Assembly: GCA_963760795.1 (NCBI GenBank)
Contig: CAVXEP010000017.1
Location: 1-64,000, forward strand
Origin: an uncultured delta proteobacterium
GTDB taxonomy: Bacteria; Desulfobacterota; Binatia; UBA9968
DNA: 64,000 nt
Direction: 5' to 3'
Position numbers and translations under genes: made by a program. Below are positions 62,686 to 64,000 of the stretch, piece by piece. A model generated the notes under the pieces. The model had not been told where the DNA came from and made no database searches. It saw only the letters and a program-made list of their open reading frames with translations. Each line of letters starts with the position of its first letter. The stretch's first letter is position 1.

Positions 62686-63954
62686 CTAGCCTCGCACCGT
62701 GCATTTCCCCGCCGCGATATGCGCTTCGAACTCGTCGCGGTACTTTCTGATAAACGCTCCCGCCGGCATCGCCGCGGCATCGCCAAACGGACAAATCGTA
62801 TTGCCGGCGATGTTGCCGGCAATGTTGAGAATCAGATCTAAATCGTTCTTTTGTGCGCCGCCATGTTCGACGCGGTAAAAAATCTTTTCCATCCAGTGGC
62901 AGCCTTCGCGGCAGGGACTGCATTGGCCGCAGGATTCATGGGCGTAAAAGCGCGCGATGTTCCATGCCGCCCGCACCATGCAGACAGTCTCGTCCATGAC
63001 GATGACGCCGCCGGAACCGAGCAGACTGCCGGCCGCCGCCACCGATTCGTAATCGAGATTTACTTTTTCGATCTCATCGGGCTTCAACACCGGCATCGAG
63101 GCGCCGCCGGGGATGACGCCTTTTAATTTCTTGCCGTTGGGCACGCCGCCGCAGTCCTCTTCGAGAAATTTCTTGAACGGGTAGCCCATCTCGACTTCGT
63201 AGACCCCCGGCCGGACGATATGGCCGCTGACGCTGAACAGCTTCGTCCCCTTGCTTTTCTCCGTACCCATGGCCGAGTATGCCGCGGCGCCGCGCTCGAG
63301 AATCCATGGCAAAGCGGCTAACGTTTCGACGTTGTTCACCACCGTCGGACAGCCGAACAGGCCGTGAGTAGCCGGGAATGGCGGTTTGACTTTCGGCCAG
63401 CCGCGGCCGCCTTCAAGAGAAGACAGCAAGGCGGTCTCTTCGCCGCAGATATAAGCCCCCGCGCCACGGTGCACGATGACATCCAAGTCGTAGCCGGTAC
63501 CAAAGATATTTTTACCGATCAAACCGGCTTGGTACGCTTCGGCGACCGCCTGCTCCAACCTGGTCGTGCCAAACACCATCTCGCCACGAATGTAAATAAA
63601 CGCCGTATGCGACTGAATCGCGAAGGCGGCGATCATCGTGCCCTCGATAAGCGCGTGGGGATCCTGCTCGATCAGCAAGCGGTCTTTAAAGGTTCCCGGT
63701 TCGCTCTCGTCGGCGTTGCAGACTAAATATTTCGGCTTGGGACTGTCCTTGGGAACGAAACTCCACTTCATGCCGGTGGGGAATCCTGCGCCGCCGCGGC
63801 CGCGCAGACCGGAAGCTTTGACTTCCTCGATCAGCTGTTCCGGCTTCAAGGTCTCGACGACCTTGCGCCAAGACCCGTAGCCGCCACGGGACTGATAAGT
63901 TGCCAGCGTGTGCGAGCCCGGAACGCCGATATTGCGGAGGAGTAGCTTTTCCAT
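62686..63954 (-). CDS. nuoF: NADH-quinone oxidoreductase subunit F
   Basis: SGLRGRGGAGFPTG, NADESEPGT, GAYICGEET, ESCGQCSPCREG. Confidence 0.97.
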   Translation of the reverse strand: MEKLLLRNIGVPGSHTLATYQSRGGYGSWRKVVETLKPEQLIEEVKASGLRGRGGAGFPTGMKWSFVPKDSPKPKYLVCNADESEPGTFKDRLLIEQDPHALIEGTMIAAFAIQSHTAFIYIRGEMVFGTTRLEQAVAEAYQAGLIGKNIFGTGYDLDVIVHRGAGAYICGEETALLSSLEGGRGWPKVKPPFPATHGLFGCPTVVNNVETLAALPWILERGAAAYSAMGTEKSKGTKLFSVSGHIVRPGVYEVEMGYPFKKFLEEDCGGVPNGKKLKGVIPGGASMPVLKPDEIEKVNLDYESVAAAGSLLGSGGVIVMDETVCMVRAAWNIARFYAHESCGQCSPCREGCHWMEKIFYRVEHGGAQKNDLDLILNIAGNIAGNTICPFGDAAAMPAGAFIRKYRDEFEAHIAAGKCTVRG

Positions 63955-63966
63955 GAATATTTAAGT

Positions 63967-63994
63967 CAAAATGCAAAATGAAGAATGCAAAATG
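63967..63994. repeat. 7-nt tandem repeat (CAAAATG)n upstream of nuoF
   Basis: CAAAATG CAAAATG AAGAATG CAAAATG. Confidence 0.7.
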
Positions 63995-64000
63995 CTCCGG

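Overview
GC-rich bacterial chromosomal DNA. Gene content and style (many stand-alone solute-binding proteins, LLM/F420 enzymes, split nuo operon) resemble uncultured Candidatus Binatia-like 'Deltaproteobacteria'; this is an inference. Roughly 25-30 small indels break genes, including essential ones, which points to an unpolished long-read assembly. Left to right the window holds: the start of a UvrD-like helicase; a cupin plus a divergent Sec-encoding peroxiredoxin-like gene; an orphan AbrB; long-form thyX; a methyltransferase/FAD-oxidoreductase pair; an exported UxxC selenoprotein; a complete pentose-phosphate operon (tkt-rpiB-tal/pgi-gnd-zwf-glk-pgl); an arsenosugar-type radical SAM cluster; prfB with its programmed frameshift; ybeY; a ferredoxin; a ~16 kb catabolic region (2 OCD, isochorismatase, M24, bicupin, 2 LLM, an atypical alpha/beta hydrolase, a Mo-hydroxylase); an mpg-retropepsin-HAD operon; and nuoF-G-H-J-K-L-M-N without nuoI. 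The main signals missed by the ORF track are two in-frame UGA/SECIS selenoproteins and a rich set of intergenic short-period (7/8/9-nt) repeat hairpins, which carry nested insertions with covarying termini and REP doublets. No tRNA, rRNA, CRISPR array or transposase was seen.
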